From: Parasynechococcus marenigrum WH 8102
GTDB lineage: Bacteria; Cyanobacteriota; Cyanobacteriia; PCC-6307; Cyanobiaceae
Direction of reading: 5' to 3'
Assembly (NCBI RefSeq): GCF_000195975.1
Contig: NC_005070.1
Location: 2,100,001 to 2,132,000, forward strand
Length of the DNA: 32,000 nt
The stretch's first letter is position 1; every line of letters starts with the position of its first letter. The translations under genes and the position numbers were made by a program. Shown piece by piece: positions 1-10,143 of the stretch. Under the pieces are notes generated by a model. That model worked only from the letters and a program-made list of their open reading frames with translations. It was not told where the DNA came from and did no database searches.

Positions 1-673
1 GATCGTCCACCAGACGCTGCAAGGCGGAAAGATCGCAAACCATGCCCGTGCGGGGATCGATTGCACCACGCACGGTCACATCCACGAGGTAGTTGTGACC
101 ATGTCCATGGGGCCTGGCGCACTTGCCGTAGATGGCTTCGTTCTCCTCCTGACTCAGTTCTGGGCGGGCCAGTCGGTGAGCAGCGGCGAAATGGGTGCGG
201 ATGGTGAGGAAGGCGTCCATGGGATGTCCGAGGTAGTCGGCCCAAAGGCCCGGTTGTTCGTAGAGGCGCAATGCCGTGATCGGCAGATGCGGGCTGAGGC
301 GCTGCCAGATCACCCGCACCAGGGCTTCGGTGGTGGGCAGACAGCCAGAGGGGCCAGACACATCGAATTCCGGCCAGGCCTCGTTGAGGAAGCGGAAGTC
401 CAGCTGACCCGTTACTTCCTGGCGGATGGCGTGCTTCACCTCTGAAAGGTTGAGCACCATCCCATCGGCATCGAGGCCGCCGGCCATGGACACGATCAGC
501 TCGTAGTTGTGGCCATGGCCAGGGGCGATGGCACAGGGCCCGAAGCGAGCCGCGTTGTCGTCAGCGGACAGCTCAGGCAGCCAATAACGATGACTGGCAC
601 TGAAACAGGCCCGCCGTGTGATCACACAGCCGCGACCCTGGCCGTGGCGTGGTGGTGACTTCATTTCAGTCAT
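1..673 (-). CDS. 6-pyruvoyl-tetrahydropterin synthase (PTPS/QueD) family protein, tandem two-domain form; 3' end runs off the window
   Basis: Absent from the ORF track because no stop lies inside the window. My reverse-strand translation from ATG 673 (alternative ATG 664) reads MTEMKSPPRHGQGRGCVITRRACFSASHRYWLPELS..APGHGHNYELIVS..IRTHFAAAHRLARPELSQEENEAIYGKCARPHGHGHNYLVDVTVRG. This gives two copies of the PTPS-type His motif set. ORF 95..445(+) is its antisense. Confidence 0.75.
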   Translation of the reverse strand, partial: MTEMKSPPRHGQGRGCVITRRACFSASHRYWLPELSADDNAARFGPCAIAPGHGHNYELIVSMAGGLDADGMVLNLSEVKHAIRQEVTGQLDFRFLNEAWPEFDVSGPSGCLPTTEALVRVIWQRLSPHLPITALRLYEQPGLWADYLGHPMDAFLTIRTHFAAAHRLARPELSQEENEAIYGKCARPHGHGHNYLVDVTVRGAIDPRTGMVCDLSALQRLVDD

Positions 674-724
674 GTGACGTTTCGGCCGCGAGGCATCCTA
701 ATGAGCTAACGGCGATCTCGAGCC

Positions 725-1300
725 ATGTCGGACGCAACTCTCTCCTTGAAGCAGCGCCTGGGCGGCCGCAGCCTGTACCTGGTGGGAATGATGGGCAGCG
801 GTAAAACCAGCACCGGTCGCCCCCTGGCGGAACAACTGGGTTACGGCTTTGTGGATGCCGATGCCGTGATCGAGCAGGCCGCAGGCTGCAGCATTCCTGA
901 GATTTTTGAGCGGGACGGTGAAGCAGGATTCCGGGCCCTGGAAAGCCAGGTGCTCAACGCCATCGGCCAACGTCACTCCCTAGTGGTGGCCACCGGCGGC
1001 GGTGTGGTGACGCAACAGGAGAACTGGGGGCTACTGCACAGCGGCATCGTGGTCTGGCTGGATGTGGTGCCAGAGCAGCTCATGCAACGCCTCAGAGCGG
1101 ACAGCACGGTGCGGCCACTGCTCCAAACCGAAGATCCAGACGCTGCGCTCAACGCGCTGCTCAACCAACGCAGGCCCCTTTATGCCGAGGCCGATCTCAC
1201 GGTGGTGATTAATCAAGAAACACCCCTCGCCGTCGCCGACGGGATCCTGCAACTTCTGCCAAGCCTGCTGAAGGATCCAACCCAGCGCCGAACCGACTGA
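725..1300 (+). CDS. aroK: shikimate kinase
   Basis: P-loop [11 protein letters not shown], followed by the shikimate-kinase pattern [27 protein letters not shown]. Size of 191 aa is typical. Confidence 0.9.
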   Translation: MSDATLSLKQRLGGRSLYLVGMMGSGKTSTGRPLAEQLGYGFVDADAVIEQAAGCSIPEIFERDGEAGFRALESQVLNAIGQRHSLVVATGGGVVTQQENWGLLHSGIVVWLDVVPEQLMQRLRADSTVRPLLQTEDPDAALNALLNQRRPLYAEADLTVVINQETPLAVADGILQLLPSLLKDPTQRRTD

Positions 1301-1302
1301 GT

Positions 1303-1566
1303 TCAAGCCGTTGGCGGCTCCAACCGCACCGCAAACCACTGCAAAGTGATCCCAGGGCTGATCTCCAGATCACAGGCGGTATCGATCAACCGCTGAGCAG
1401 CTGCATCAAGATCGGGTTGACCCGCCAGATCGGCCGGCAACTGATCCAGGCTCCGCAACCAACCGCTCAGCCATGTCAACGTGTCGGCTGCGCTGAGCAG
1501 CTGTTCCGGCTTGCCGGGCTCCAGCACCACGTAGTCATCAAGGGCACGGATCAGGGGATCAGACAT
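1303..1566 (-). CDS. conserved hypothetical protein (small, acidic, soluble)
   Basis: ORF 1303..1605. I prefer the internal ATG at 1566 (MSDPLIRALDDYVVLEPG..) over ATG 1605. Codon usage is consistent with neighbours. No recognisable motif. Confidence 0.45.
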   Translation of the reverse strand: MSDPLIRALDDYVVLEPGKPEQLLSAADTLTWLSGWLRSLDQLPADLAGQPDLDAAAQRLIDTACDLEISPGITLQWFAVRLEPPTA

Positions 1567-2242
1567 GGAACGGCGCGTGTGGATGCTGCTGATCGGCCTC
1601 ACCATCCTGCTCAGTGGCGGCCCCGCCTGGGCAGAAAGCAGCCTGGAACAGCGGTTGAACAGCTGGCCCGACTGGAGCCTGCCGGCACCATTGCCGCGGC
1701 CCTCGAATCGGGACGATCTGATCTATCCCGACTGGTTTGAAGGGCTCTGGCAGGTGGAGAGCATCGATCTTGATGCCCCAGGCGATTCACCGCTGCTGCA
1801 CCAGGCACGGTTCGAAACGGATCGCCGCGGCCGGCTCGTTGGCGATCGCAGCTTCAATGCCACCGCCATCGGCCGCGCCCTGCTCGGCGACCAATTGCTG
1901 CGGGTGGAGGACGACCCCGATTCCGCCAACCGTCAGATCGCCCGACTCAAAGGAGATCTTTACCTCGAAACCACGGTGACGGGCCGCCGCCAGGACTCCC
2001 CGACGACTGACACCTTCCTGTCCGATGAACTGGTGCTGCAGATCCTGCACACCCCCGGAGCACCCCGACTCAGCCGGATCGAAACCCTCAGCCGCTACAG
2101 CCGCTGCGATGACGACATCTGCGCCGAGCAATGGCAGGGGCGCTACGCCTCCCCCGGCGAAAGCCTGCGGGATCAGGCCATCGCCCATCACCACTACCGC
2201 CTGCGTTTCACACTTCTTCCAGGGTCCGCTCCATCAATTTGA
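1565..2242 (+). CDS. secreted/periplasmic protein of unknown function
   Basis: N-terminal signal peptide MERRVWMLLIGLTILLSGGPAWA|ESS, then a soluble domain (WPDWSLPAPLPRP..YPDWFEGLWQVES). Looks like a cyanobacteria-restricted DUF family; I cannot name it reliably. Confidence 0.55.
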   Translation: MERRVWMLLIGLTILLSGGPAWAESSLEQRLNSWPDWSLPAPLPRPSNRDDLIYPDWFEGLWQVESIDLDAPGDSPLLHQARFETDRRGRLVGDRSFNATAIGRALLGDQLLRVEDDPDSANRQIARLKGDLYLETTVTGRRQDSPTTDTFLSDELVLQILHTPGAPRLSRIETLSRYSRCDDDICAEQWQGRYASPGESLRDQAIAHHHYRLRFTLLPGSAPSI

Positions 2243-2948
2243 GTTCGATCTGATCACGCCACTGGAACAGCGGCTGCAGCTTGGGGTGATCGCTCAGGCC
2301 CGGAACCCCCTTGCCAGCAAGAGCCGCACCGGCGGATGAGGGGAAGCGCAGCAACGACAGCTGAGCAGCCACAGCGATATCTGCCAGGGTCATGCTTTCG
2401 CCCACCAGCCAGGGGGACACCTCAACCGAGGCCGCCAACTGGTCCAGGCTCGCCAGCAGATCAGCACGCTCCCCTTGGTTCACCAGTTCGGTGACGTTGT
2501 TCACCCAGCCGCCGGGGATGGCTCCCATCACCGACCGCACGGGGTCGGGCAGGTCATCGGGAAGCAGCGCCACCCGCAGCTCTGGATCCAGCGCCGCCGC
2601 CTGCACCAGGGCCGTGCGACCGGCCATGGCCAGGGTGGTGTCAGCCCAGTCTTCGATCAGATGCATCTGAGCCGCCTGACGCGGATCGGCAGGAATCAGC
2701 GCCGGATCGGCTTCGCGCTGTTCCAGATGACGGGCAACTGCAGAAGAATCGGCAATCACCTGGTCGCCATCAACGAGCACCGGCACCTGCCGTTGTCCCG
2801 AAAGGCGGAACACCGCCACCTGACCGATGCCCGGCGTCACCTCCACGGTGCGGAAGCTGAGCCCTTTGGCCTGCAGCACCATCCGCACCTTTAGGCAGAA
2901 GGCGGAGTGGCTGAATTGATGGAGCTCCAGCATGGCCAATGGATCCAT
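2208..2948 (-). CDS. glutathione S-transferase family protein
   Basis: Thioredoxin-like N-domain [47 protein letters not shown] plus a helical C-domain. Start is taken at ATG 2948 ([11 protein letters not shown]); ATG 2933 is equally possible. The track start at 3017 would collide with the divergent gene at 2992. Confidence 0.8.
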   Translation of the reverse strand: MDPLAMLELHQFSHSAFCLKVRMVLQAKGLSFRTVEVTPGIGQVAVFRLSGQRQVPVLVDGDQVIADSSAVARHLEQREADPALIPADPRQAAQMHLIEDWADTTLAMAGRTALVQAAALDPELRVALLPDDLPDPVRSVMGAIPGGWVNNVTELVNQGERADLLASLDQLAASVEVSPWLVGESMTLADIAVAAQLSLLRFPSSAGAALAGKGVPGLSDHPKLQPLFQWRDQIELKLMERTLEEV

Positions 2949-2991
2949 GGGCCCGGCAGAGTAGCCAGCAGATTGCACCAGTCGCCAGCAC

Positions 2992-3198
2992 ATGCGGGAG
3001 TTCTTCCTCAACGTCACCCGCTACCCCCGCTATCTGGTGGCGTTCACCCTGGGCGTGATGAATTCCGTAGCGGAGCCCCTGGCCCGGCGGCGCAGCAATC
3101 CCGTCACCGCCGTGGCCTTGATCGGTGCCCTGATCAGCGGTTTCATCAGCCTGAGCCTGGTGCTGCGTGCCATGGTGACCTCAGCACCGATGGCGTGA
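2992..3198 (+). CDS. small membrane protein, DUF751-like
   Basis: 68 aa reading [22 protein letters not shown].. with two hydrophobic helices. From memory, the F..V.RYPRY N-terminus matches the cyanobacterial/plastid DUF751 family. Its stop TGA shares one nt with the rbfA ATG (gTGATGg at 3196-3200). Confidence 0.55.
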   Translation: MREFFLNVTRYPRYLVAFTLGVMNSVAEPLARRRSNPVTAVALIGALISGFISLSLVLRAMVTSAPMA

Positions 3199-3602
3199 TG
3201 GCACAGGGGCGTCGAGTCGAGCGGGTGGCGGCCCTGATCCGCAAGGAAACCAGTGAACTGCTGATCAATGGCATCCGCGATGAACGGGTGCATCAGGGGA
3301 TGGTCAGCATCACCAACGTGGAGGTCTCCGGAGATCTGCAGCACTGCAAGATCTTCGTGAGCATCTTTGGCGATGAGGCCAGCCAACTACAGGTGATGGA
3401 AGGGTTGCAGGCCGCCAGCGGCTACCTGAAGGGAGAACTCGGCCGGCGGCTGCAGATGCGTCGCGCACCGGATGTGGTGTTCCAGCTGGACCGCGGCATC
3501 GAGAGGGGCACCTCGGTGCTGGGTCTGCTCAACAAACTCGAGGACGAGCGCAAGGAGCGAGGGGAGATTCCGGCGGGAAGCGATGAGCTGCCAGCCGAGT
3601 GA
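3198..3602 (+). CDS. rbfA: ribosome-binding factor A
   Basis: Internal ATG at 3198 of ORF 2907..3602 gives [52 protein letters not shown]. This is the classic RbfA pattern. Confidence 0.85.
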   Translation: MAQGRRVERVAALIRKETSELLINGIRDERVHQGMVSITNVEVSGDLQHCKIFVSIFGDEASQLQVMEGLQAASGYLKGELGRRLQMRRAPDVVFQLDRGIERGTSVLGLLNKLEDERKERGEIPAGSDELPAE

Positions 3603-5184
3603 TCCTCTGCAGCGGCAGGTGGCAGAGCTGCTGGTGGTGCGCGCCAGTGGCCACCTCGATGATCAACATCGTCGTTATCCCCAGTGGGAGCTCAGCAATG
3701 GCGATCTGCAACGGCTGCTGAACGCCGGAGTTGGCGGGGTGATCCTGTTGGGGGGCAGCGCTGTGGAACTGCAGCAGCGCACCCGGAAACTCCAAAGCTG
3801 GAGTGATCAGCAGCTGCTGCTTTGCGCTGATGTGGAGGAAGGCGTCGGTCAGCGATTTGATGGCGCCAGCTGGCTGGTGCCACCCCTGGCCCTAGGGCGA
3901 TTGCACCAGATCGACCCAGAACAAGCCATCACCCTGGCGGAACGCTACGGCTACTGCACCGCAGACCAGGCCAGGCGCTGCGGCTTGAACTGGGTGCTCG
4001 GCCCGGTCTGCGACGTCAACAACAACCCGGCCAACCCGGTGATCAACGTGCGGGCCTGGGGTGAGGAGCCCACCACCGCCGGCGCCTTGGCCGCTGCCTT
4101 CCAACGGGGCCTGGCCCGTGGCGGCGTGTTGGGCTGCGCCAAGCACTTCCCTGGCCATGGCGACACCGCCAGCGATTCCCACCTAAACCTGCCCGTGCTG
4201 CCCCACTCCCGTGAACGGTTGGAGCAGGTGGAATTCCCGCCCTTCCGCGCAGCCATCGCCGCCGGCGTCGACAGCGTGATGACCGCTCACCTGCTGCTGC
4301 CGCAGCTTGATCCCCAGCAGCCCGCTACTTTGTCAAGCGTCGTGTTGAGCGATCTGCTTCGGGGAGCGTTGGGCTTCAACGGCCTGGTGGTGACGGACGC
4401 CCTGGTGATGGAAGCCATCACAGCCCGCCATGGCCCTGCGGATGCTGCCGTGCTGGCCTTTGAGGCCGGCGCTGATCTGATCCTGATGCCCGCCGATGCC
4501 GATGCCGCCATCTCCGGCATCAGTCAGGCCATCGCCCAGGGACGCATTCCCATCCAACGGCTGCATGCCGCCCTCAGGCGGCGGCGCGAGGCGCTGGCCC
4601 GGGTGCAGCCGTCATCGCCTGGGCTTCCCTTACCCACCCCAGCGGAACGGGAGCTGGAACAGCGCTTGGTGACCGCCAGCCTGGAACAGTCATTCACCGC
4701 TCCCATTCCTCCAGGCGAAGGCATCAACCTGATCCGAATCGATGCCGCCTGGCCCTGCCCAGCTTTGAACGGTGCAGCCCCAGCGCTGCATTTGCCGCAA
4801 CAGCATGGATTTCGCAGCGTTGTGATTCACGGCCAGGGGGTCTCCCCCTGGCAGGACGACCCAGAGGCCCCCTTGGCGCTGGAGCGATTGGGCGATGGCC
4901 CGGTGTTGCTGCAGCTGTTTCTGCGGGGGAATCCCTTCCGCGGTGAACGCGACCGGCAGGAACCCTGGCGCGCTGCAGTGCAACAGCTGCAGCGGCTGGA
5001 TCGGCTGGCCGGCCTGATCGTGTACGGCAGTCCTTATCTCTGGAGTGAGTTGCGCTCTGTGTTGGCCCCCTCGATCGCGGCAGCCTTCAGCCCAGGGCAG
5101 ATGCCAGAGGCCCAGCGCCAGCTGCTCAGCAGCCTGCTGCAACACCCGTCAGACAGCCTCCAGAGCCGCGACTTCACCGACTGA
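3583..5184 (+). CDS. nagZ: glycoside hydrolase family 3 protein (beta-N-acetylhexosaminidase, NagZ-like) with C-terminal extension
   Basis: [18 protein letters not shown] motif and the GH3 N-domain pattern (GGVILLG.., VVTDAL.M.A). Start is taken at ATG 3583 ([23 protein letters not shown]), overlapping the rbfA 3' end by 20 nt. Confidence 0.8.
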   Translation: MSCQPSDPLQRQVAELLVVRASGHLDDQHRRYPQWELSNGDLQRLLNAGVGGVILLGGSAVELQQRTRKLQSWSDQQLLLCADVEEGVGQRFDGASWLVPPLALGRLHQIDPEQAITLAERYGYCTADQARRCGLNWVLGPVCDVNNNPANPVINVRAWGEEPTTAGALAAAFQRGLARGGVLGCAKHFPGHGDTASDSHLNLPVLPHSRERLEQVEFPPFRAAIAAGVDSVMTAHLLLPQLDPQQPATLSSVVLSDLLRGALGFNGLVVTDALVMEAITARHGPADAAVLAFEAGADLILMPADADAAISGISQAIAQGRIPIQRLHAALRRRREALARVQPSSPGLPLPTPAERELEQRLVTASLEQSFTAPIPPGEGINLIRIDAAWPCPALNGAAPALHLPQQHGFRSVVIHGQGVSPWQDDPEAPLALERLGDGPVLLQLFLRGNPFRGERDRQEPWRAAVQQLQRLDRLAGLIVYGSPYLWSELRSVLAPSIAAAFSPGQMPEAQRQLLSSLLQHPSDSLQSRDFTD

Positions 5185-5219
5185 GCGGCCTAACCTCCCG
5201 CCAATCCGAGCCGCCGGCG

Positions 5220-6422
5220 ATGCTCAGTTTCTCGATGATTGTGCGCAACGAGGAGGCGCGGCTGGCGGGCTGCCTGGCCTCCGTGAGGGATCTTGCCGAC
5301 GAGATGGTGGTGGTGGACACCGGATCCACCGACGCGACGATCGCTGTGGCTGAAGCGGCCGGCGCTCGGGTGGAACAGGTGGAGTGGCCAGGTGATTTCG
5401 CTCCCGCCCGCAACACCGCCCTCACCTTCCTCAACGGCGACTGGGTCCTGGTGCTGGATGCCGATGAACAGCTGCGACCGGAGGTCATCCCCAGCCTCAA
5501 GGCCCTGATGGCACAACCCGATGTGCTGGTGATCAACCTGCTGCGTTACGAGGTGGGAGCCGCCATGGCGCCCTACTCCAGCGTCAGCCGTCTGTTCCGC
5601 CGCCATCCCGCCATCCGCTGGAGCCGGCCATATCACTCGATGATCGACGACAGCGTTGGGGAGCTGCTGGCCAGCGAACCCCAATGGCGCATCGCTGACT
5701 GCAGCGAACCAGCCATCCTTCACGACGGCTACCGGCCGGAACTTCTCGCCGGTACCGATAAAGCCGAGCGTTTGCGCCAGGCCATGCAGAGCGAATTGGA
5801 CCGCCATCCCGGGGACCCCTACGCCAGCGCCAAGCTCGGCGGCCTGATGATCAGTGAAGGGCAGCACGACCAGGCGATCCCACTCCTGCGCCGCGGCCTG
5901 GATCAAGCCACAGGCGACAGCACGGAACGCTACGAGTTGCTGCTGCACCTCGGTTTGGCCCTCAGCCCCAGCGATCCAATCGGTGCCGTGGCCTGTTACC
6001 GGCAGGCTCTGGAGATTCCCCTCGATGCCCGGATCAGCCTCGGGGCACGCCTCAACCTGGCGGCCCGGTTGATGGAACAAGGGGAACTCGATGAAGCCAT
6101 TGCCCTGACCCAGACCGCCACCCAACGGGCCCCGGAAGTGGCGTTGGGTTGGTACAACCTGGGTTTGATGCTGCGCCGCCGCGGCGACATCGCGGCGGCC
6201 CTTGAGGCCTACAGCCGCGCTGTGGAGCTCGACCCCAACAACGCCGCCTGCCATCAGAACCGTGCTGTTGCCCTGCTGCTGGGGGGCGACATCGAAGGCT
6301 CCCGAGCGGCCTTCCGCACCGCCATCACCCTGCTGGAGACCCAGGGGCGACCAGTCGACGCCCAGGCCTTGCGCACCAAGGCCCAGGGCATCGTCAAGCT
6401 GGACCTGGAGCCCATCGCTTGA
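5220..6422 (+). CDS. family 2 glycosyltransferase fused to C-terminal TPR repeats
   Basis: N-terminal GT-A signature SFSMIVRNEE..VVVDTGSTDAT..LVLDADEQL. The C-terminal half has repeated A..Y...L...P motifs (AVACYRQALEI, WYNLGLMLRRRGDIAAALEAYSRAVELDPNNA). Confidence 0.8.
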   Translation: MLSFSMIVRNEEARLAGCLASVRDLADEMVVVDTGSTDATIAVAEAAGARVEQVEWPGDFAPARNTALTFLNGDWVLVLDADEQLRPEVIPSLKALMAQPDVLVINLLRYEVGAAMAPYSSVSRLFRRHPAIRWSRPYHSMIDDSVGELLASEPQWRIADCSEPAILHDGYRPELLAGTDKAERLRQAMQSELDRHPGDPYASAKLGGLMISEGQHDQAIPLLRRGLDQATGDSTERYELLLHLGLALSPSDPIGAVACYRQALEIPLDARISLGARLNLAARLMEQGELDEAIALTQTATQRAPEVALGWYNLGLMLRRRGDIAAALEAYSRAVELDPNNAACHQNRAVALLLGGDIEGSRAAFRTAITLLETQGRPVDAQALRTKAQGIVKLDLEPIA

Positions 6423-7207
6423 GCCAGCCTCTGCAGAACTGCACGGTGGTGGTGACCCGCGCCGCCGACCAACTGGGGGAAGCCAGGCGACTGTTGGAAA
6501 CCCAAGGCGCACAGGTGCTCGACCTCCCCGCCTTGGTGATCGGCCCTCCCGACGACTGGGGACCGCTGGATGATGCCCTCTCAGAGCTGGAGGACTTCCA
6601 CTGGCTGGTGGTGTCGAGCGCCAATGGCGTGCAGGCGGTGGAGCAGCGGTTGCAACGCCTCGGCCGCAGCCTGCTGCGGCGTCCCGCCAACCTGCGCATC
6701 GCCGCTGTGGGTCGCAAAACCGCCAGAGCCCTGGAAGACCTTGGCGCCACAGCCGATTTCGTGCCGCCAAGCTTCGTCGCCGACAGCCTGATCGACCACT
6801 TTCCCGTCTCCGGCTATGGCCTGAGGATGCTTCTGCCACGGGTGCAGAGCGGCGGCAGAACCGTGCTGGCGGAAGCCTTCGGGGAAGCTGGGGTGAGGGT
6901 GGTGGAGGTGGCGGCCTACGAGTCCCGCTGTCCCGACGCCATGCCCGAGCGCACCGCCGAAGCCCTTGAGGCTGGAACGGTGGACGCCATTTTGTTCAGC
7001 AGCGGTAAGACGGCCGCCCACACGGCACAACTGCTGCTGCAGCGCTTCGGTCCTGGCTGGGAGCAACGGCTGGAGACTCTGAAATTGGTGTCCATCGGCC
7101 CCCAAACCAGCCGCAGCTGCCGCGAATGGTTCGGCCGCATCGATGCGGAAGCTGACCCCCATGACCTGGAGGGCCTGGTGAGCGCTTGTCGCTCGCTACT
7201 GCGCTGA
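6419..7207 (+). CDS. hemD: uroporphyrinogen-III synthase
   Basis: VVVTRAADQLGE..L...GA.V...P...I, then WLVVSSANGV and ILFSSGKTA; this is the HemD two-lobe pattern. It has an apparent TTG start embedded in the upstream stop (cgcTTGAgc). Confidence 0.75.
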   Translation: MSQPLQNCTVVVTRAADQLGEARRLLETQGAQVLDLPALVIGPPDDWGPLDDALSELEDFHWLVVSSANGVQAVEQRLQRLGRSLLRRPANLRIAAVGRKTARALEDLGATADFVPPSFVADSLIDHFPVSGYGLRMLLPRVQSGGRTVLAEAFGEAGVRVVEVAAYESRCPDAMPERTAEALEAGTVDAILFSSGKTAAHTAQLLLQRFGPGWEQRLETLKLVSIGPQTSRSCREWFGRIDAEADPHDLEGLVSACRSLLR

Positions 7208-7211
7208 CAGA

Positions 7212-7790
7212 TCAGCTGAGGCAGATCTCCTCCCGCGGCTCTCTGTCCTGCGCCAACTGCAGGCAACCGCGTTGCACATCGATGCCCAGCACCGACCAGG
7301 TCTCCGGCAACACCGGCAGATCATCGGCCGTACAGCGCCCATCCGCGCCGATGCACAGCACAGCACTTCCGGAGGGAGACTGAACCAGAGCACGGCGCTG
7401 CTGACCCACCAGCATCACGCCGGTCAACGTCAGACCGGAGGAGGGGTCGATGGCTCCATCGGCATCAGGTGCAGTGCCATCTCCGGGTAGCCCTGGCAAC
7501 GGTTGAAACGGATCCGGGCGGCCAGCCGGTGACGCCTCACGGACCTGCTGAACAGACGGCAGAGGGATGAGGCCCAGATCCGGAGCTGCGGTTATGAGCG
7601 GAACCTCTGGCTCCACCTCTGGGGCCGGCACGTTGGGCGGCGTGATCGTTGCCGCCGGAGGGTTGTCGCCGCTGCAGGCAGCAAGGGCCAGCAATCCCAC
7701 CAGCAGGCACGTGTTCAGGGCTTGTTTAGCCCCCCTTCTCCACCAGATCCCGGAAACGGTCAAGGTTGGCCTGCAGTTCCTTCGTGACAA
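7212..7790 (-). CDS. putative lipoprotein, function unknown
   Basis: Lipobox LLVGLLALAAC|SG after a basic n-region, then a Pro-rich linker and a C-terminal beta-rich domain (LTLTGVMLVGQQRRALVQSPSG). The start is uncertain: TTG at 7790 or in-frame TTG at 7763. Either overlaps the upstream gene's 3' end. Confidence 0.5.
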   Translation of the reverse strand: MSRRNCRPTLTVSGIWWRRGAKQALNTCLLVGLLALAACSGDNPPAATITPPNVPAPEVEPEVPLITAAPDLGLIPLPSVQQVREASPAGRPDPFQPLPGLPGDGTAPDADGAIDPSSGLTLTGVMLVGQQRRALVQSPSGSAVLCIGADGRCTADDLPVLPETWSVLGIDVQRGCLQLAQDREPREEICLS

Positions 7791-8163
7791 TCCCCCCCAG
7801 GATGCTGGGCTCCATCAACGGTGCCAAAACCCTGGGCAATTCATAGCTGACGCTGAGCTTCACCAACGTGCGCTCAGCCGACTCGGGATAAAAGCGCACA
7901 GCACCTTTTGTCGGAAGCCCACCGACGGACTCCCAGTGCAGTTGCTGGGCCTCCACCCGTTGGGTGATCCGCGCTTTCCAGTGGAACCGAAAACCCTGGG
8001 CCGCCAGGGTCCAGTCGGTGAGATCCGGATCATCCAGGGTTTTCACCGATTCGATCCAGCGCATCCACTTGGGCATGGCCTCAAGATCGCTCCACACCGC
8101 CCAGACGTCCTCGGCCGGTGCCTGAACCTCAGTGGTGACGGAGTGGTCTAGCCAGCGTCCCAT
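7726..8163 (-). CDS. SRPBCC (cyclase/dehydrase, START-like) superfamily protein
   Basis: Typical pattern V.AP.E.VW.VWSDLE.MP.WM.WI.SV, ~145 aa. ATG at 8163 shares one nt with the crtQ stop (TGATG); the track's TTG at 8166 is the alternative. Confidence 0.7.
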   Translation of the reverse strand: MGRWLDHSVTTEVQAPAEDVWAVWSDLEAMPKWMRWIESVKTLDDPDLTDWTLAAQGFRFHWKARITQRVEAQQLHWESVGGLPTKGAVRFYPESAERTLVKLSVSYELPRVLAPLMEPSILGGIVTKELQANLDRFRDLVEKGG

Positions 8164-9629
8164 CAAGCCACTGCAGCATTCGTGGCGAGCCTAACGGGCT
8201 GATCCAGGATGGCGGCCGCCGCCAAATGACCACTCATCGTGGCGCCTTCCATCGAATCGATGTAGTCCTGACGGGTGTAACTGCCGGCCAGGAAGAAGTT
8301 CTGGATCGGGGTGCGTTGATCCGGCCTGTAGGGCTCCATGCCGGGAGCCTCGCGGTACAGCGATTGAGCCAGCTTCACCACATTGCTCCAGGTGAGCTTG
8401 AGATCCCGGGCTGACGGGAACAAGGCACGCACCTGGCGATCGGTGTGGGCCACGATCTCGTCAACGGATTTGGGAATCCAGGGATCACCGGGCGTCAGCA
8501 CGCACTGCAGCAAGGAACCTTCTCCCTCCTTGCGGTAGTCCTCCGGGCTTGCCAAGGCCAGATCCGCAAAACAGCTGAAATCGGCATCGGCGGTGTAAAG
8601 CAGGTTGTTCAGCCCCGTAGGCGTCGCCACATCCCGGCGCTGCGCGTCCTGGGACTCACCCAGCTCCGTCACCCAGCCGTCGTAACGCAGCTGCACAGTC
8701 GCCACAGGAACCGCCTCCAGTTGGTGGATGGCATCGAACTGGGGGAAACGGCGCCAGTCCTCCGGCAACAACTTCTGAATCCCGGGCACATCACAGGCGG
8801 CGAGATAGGCATCCGCTTCAACGCGGATGTCCCCCTCCGGCGTGCCCAGATGCAGGCCCGTCACTTCGGGGGACTCGCCATCGCTGAATTCCACCTGCTT
8901 CACCCGGTGGCGCAGGTGCAATCTGCCGCCGCGCTGCTGGATGTACTCCAGGATCGGGCCAGTGAGCCAGCGATGCGGTGATCCCTTCAACAGATTGAGT
9001 TTCGAGGCCTCGGTCTTGGCCGCAAACATCATGAAAATGGTGAGCATGCAGCGGGCCGAAATGGCCTCGCAATCAATGAATCCCAGCGCATAGGCGATGG
9101 GATTCCACATGCGGCGGATGCTTTCCGGGCTGCCGCCATGGCCCACAAACCAATCCTGGAAACTGACGGAGTCCAGGGCGCGGATGGTGCGCATCGCCCC
9201 TTCGTAATCCACCAGACCCCGCACGATCGGACTGGTGCCCAGGGCCAGGGCATTGCGCAACTTATCGATCCAGCTCAGCTGCGGCGTGGTGAAGAACGCC
9301 TTGAGGCCATTGAACGGGGCTCCGATCGGGAAGCGGAAATCCAGTTCCCGCAGATCACCGCCCTCATTCACAAACAGATGGGTGTGCTGCTTGGGCAACA
9401 GATTCTCAAACGCACCCACTTTCCGCATCAGCGCGAAGAGATTGGCGTAGTTGAAGAAAAACACGTGCAACCCCATTTCGATGTGGTTGCCGCCGTCATC
9501 CACCCAGCTGCCCACCTTGCCGCCCATGAACGGACGGGCCTCGTAGAGGTTCACCTCATGGCCAGCATCCACCAGGTCCACCGCAGCGGAGAGGCCCGCG
9601 AGACCGGAACCGACAATCGCGACCCGCAC
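8163..9629 (-). CDS. crtQ: zeta-carotene desaturase
   Basis: GTG start. Rossmann fold [33 protein letters not shown]. Full-length colinear resemblance to plant/cyanobacterial ZDS ([34 protein letters not shown]). Confidence 0.9.
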   Translation of the reverse strand: MRVAIVGSGLAGLSAAVDLVDAGHEVNLYEARPFMGGKVGSWVDDGGNHIEMGLHVFFFNYANLFALMRKVGAFENLLPKQHTHLFVNEGGDLRELDFRFPIGAPFNGLKAFFTTPQLSWIDKLRNALALGTSPIVRGLVDYEGAMRTIRALDSVSFQDWFVGHGGSPESIRRMWNPIAYALGFIDCEAISARCMLTIFMMFAAKTEASKLNLLKGSPHRWLTGPILEYIQQRGGRLHLRHRVKQVEFSDGESPEVTGLHLGTPEGDIRVEADAYLAACDVPGIQKLLPEDWRRFPQFDAIHQLEAVPVATVQLRYDGWVTELGESQDAQRRDVATPTGLNNLLYTADADFSCFADLALASPEDYRKEGEGSLLQCVLTPGDPWIPKSVDEIVAHTDRQVRALFPSARDLKLTWSNVVKLAQSLYREAPGMEPYRPDQRTPIQNFFLAGSYTRQDYIDSMEGATMSGHLAAAAILDQPVRLATNAAVA

Positions 9630-9701
9630 CTTCTGGTGTGCAACTGATGGCGACTCTATGTATCAGGCTCCATAAAGTGAGGGAACGAGCCTGCGTCACC
9701 G

Positions 9702-10094
9702 ATGACCTCAACCACCAGCCCAGCGCCGGCCCACACCGCCAAGGACGGCAAGGGCATCCTGATCACGGAGCCTGCGATGCAGCAGCTGGCGAAGCTCTGC
9801 AGTGAACAGGGTGATCAGCAGGTGTTGCGGGTGGGTGTGCGCTCCGGTGGCTGCAGCGGCATGAGCTACACCATGGATTTCGTGCCCGCCTCTGACACCC
9901 TCGAGGACGATGAGACCTACGACTACGTGGCCGCCAACGGCCAGGGCTTCCGCGTGATCTGCGACCCCAAGAGCCTGCTTTACATCTACGGCATGCAACT
10001 GGACTTCAGCACCGCCCTGATCGGTGGTGGGTTCAACTTCACCAACCCGAACGCCAGCCAGACCTGCGGTTGCGGCAGCTCCTTCACAGTCTGA
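9702..10094 (+). CDS. IscA/HesB-type iron-sulfur cluster insertion protein
   Basis: LRVGVRSGGCSGMSY motif and C-terminal CGCGSSF motif. Confidence 0.85.
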   Translation: MTSTTSPAPAHTAKDGKGILITEPAMQQLAKLCSEQGDQQVLRVGVRSGGCSGMSYTMDFVPASDTLEDDETYDYVAANGQGFRVICDPKSLLYIYGMQLDFSTALIGGGFNFTNPNASQTCGCGSSFTV

Positions 10095-10143
10095 CCCCAA
10101 AGCGCCGCGTGGGAATCTGAAGAGGTGTTCAGCACGCCTCGCC

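Noticed and set aside
95-445. 116-aa plus-strand ORF at the left edge
   Set aside because: It is antisense to the PTPS-family gene, which reads through the whole region with conserved His motifs.
5190-6839. 549-aa minus-strand ORF, the longest unexplained ORF in the track
   Set aside because: It is exactly antisense to the GT2-TPR and hemD genes, both of which have clear family motifs. Its translation is Arg/Gly/Ala/Pro-rich low-complexity sequence, typical of stop-depleted antisense frames in high-GC DNA.
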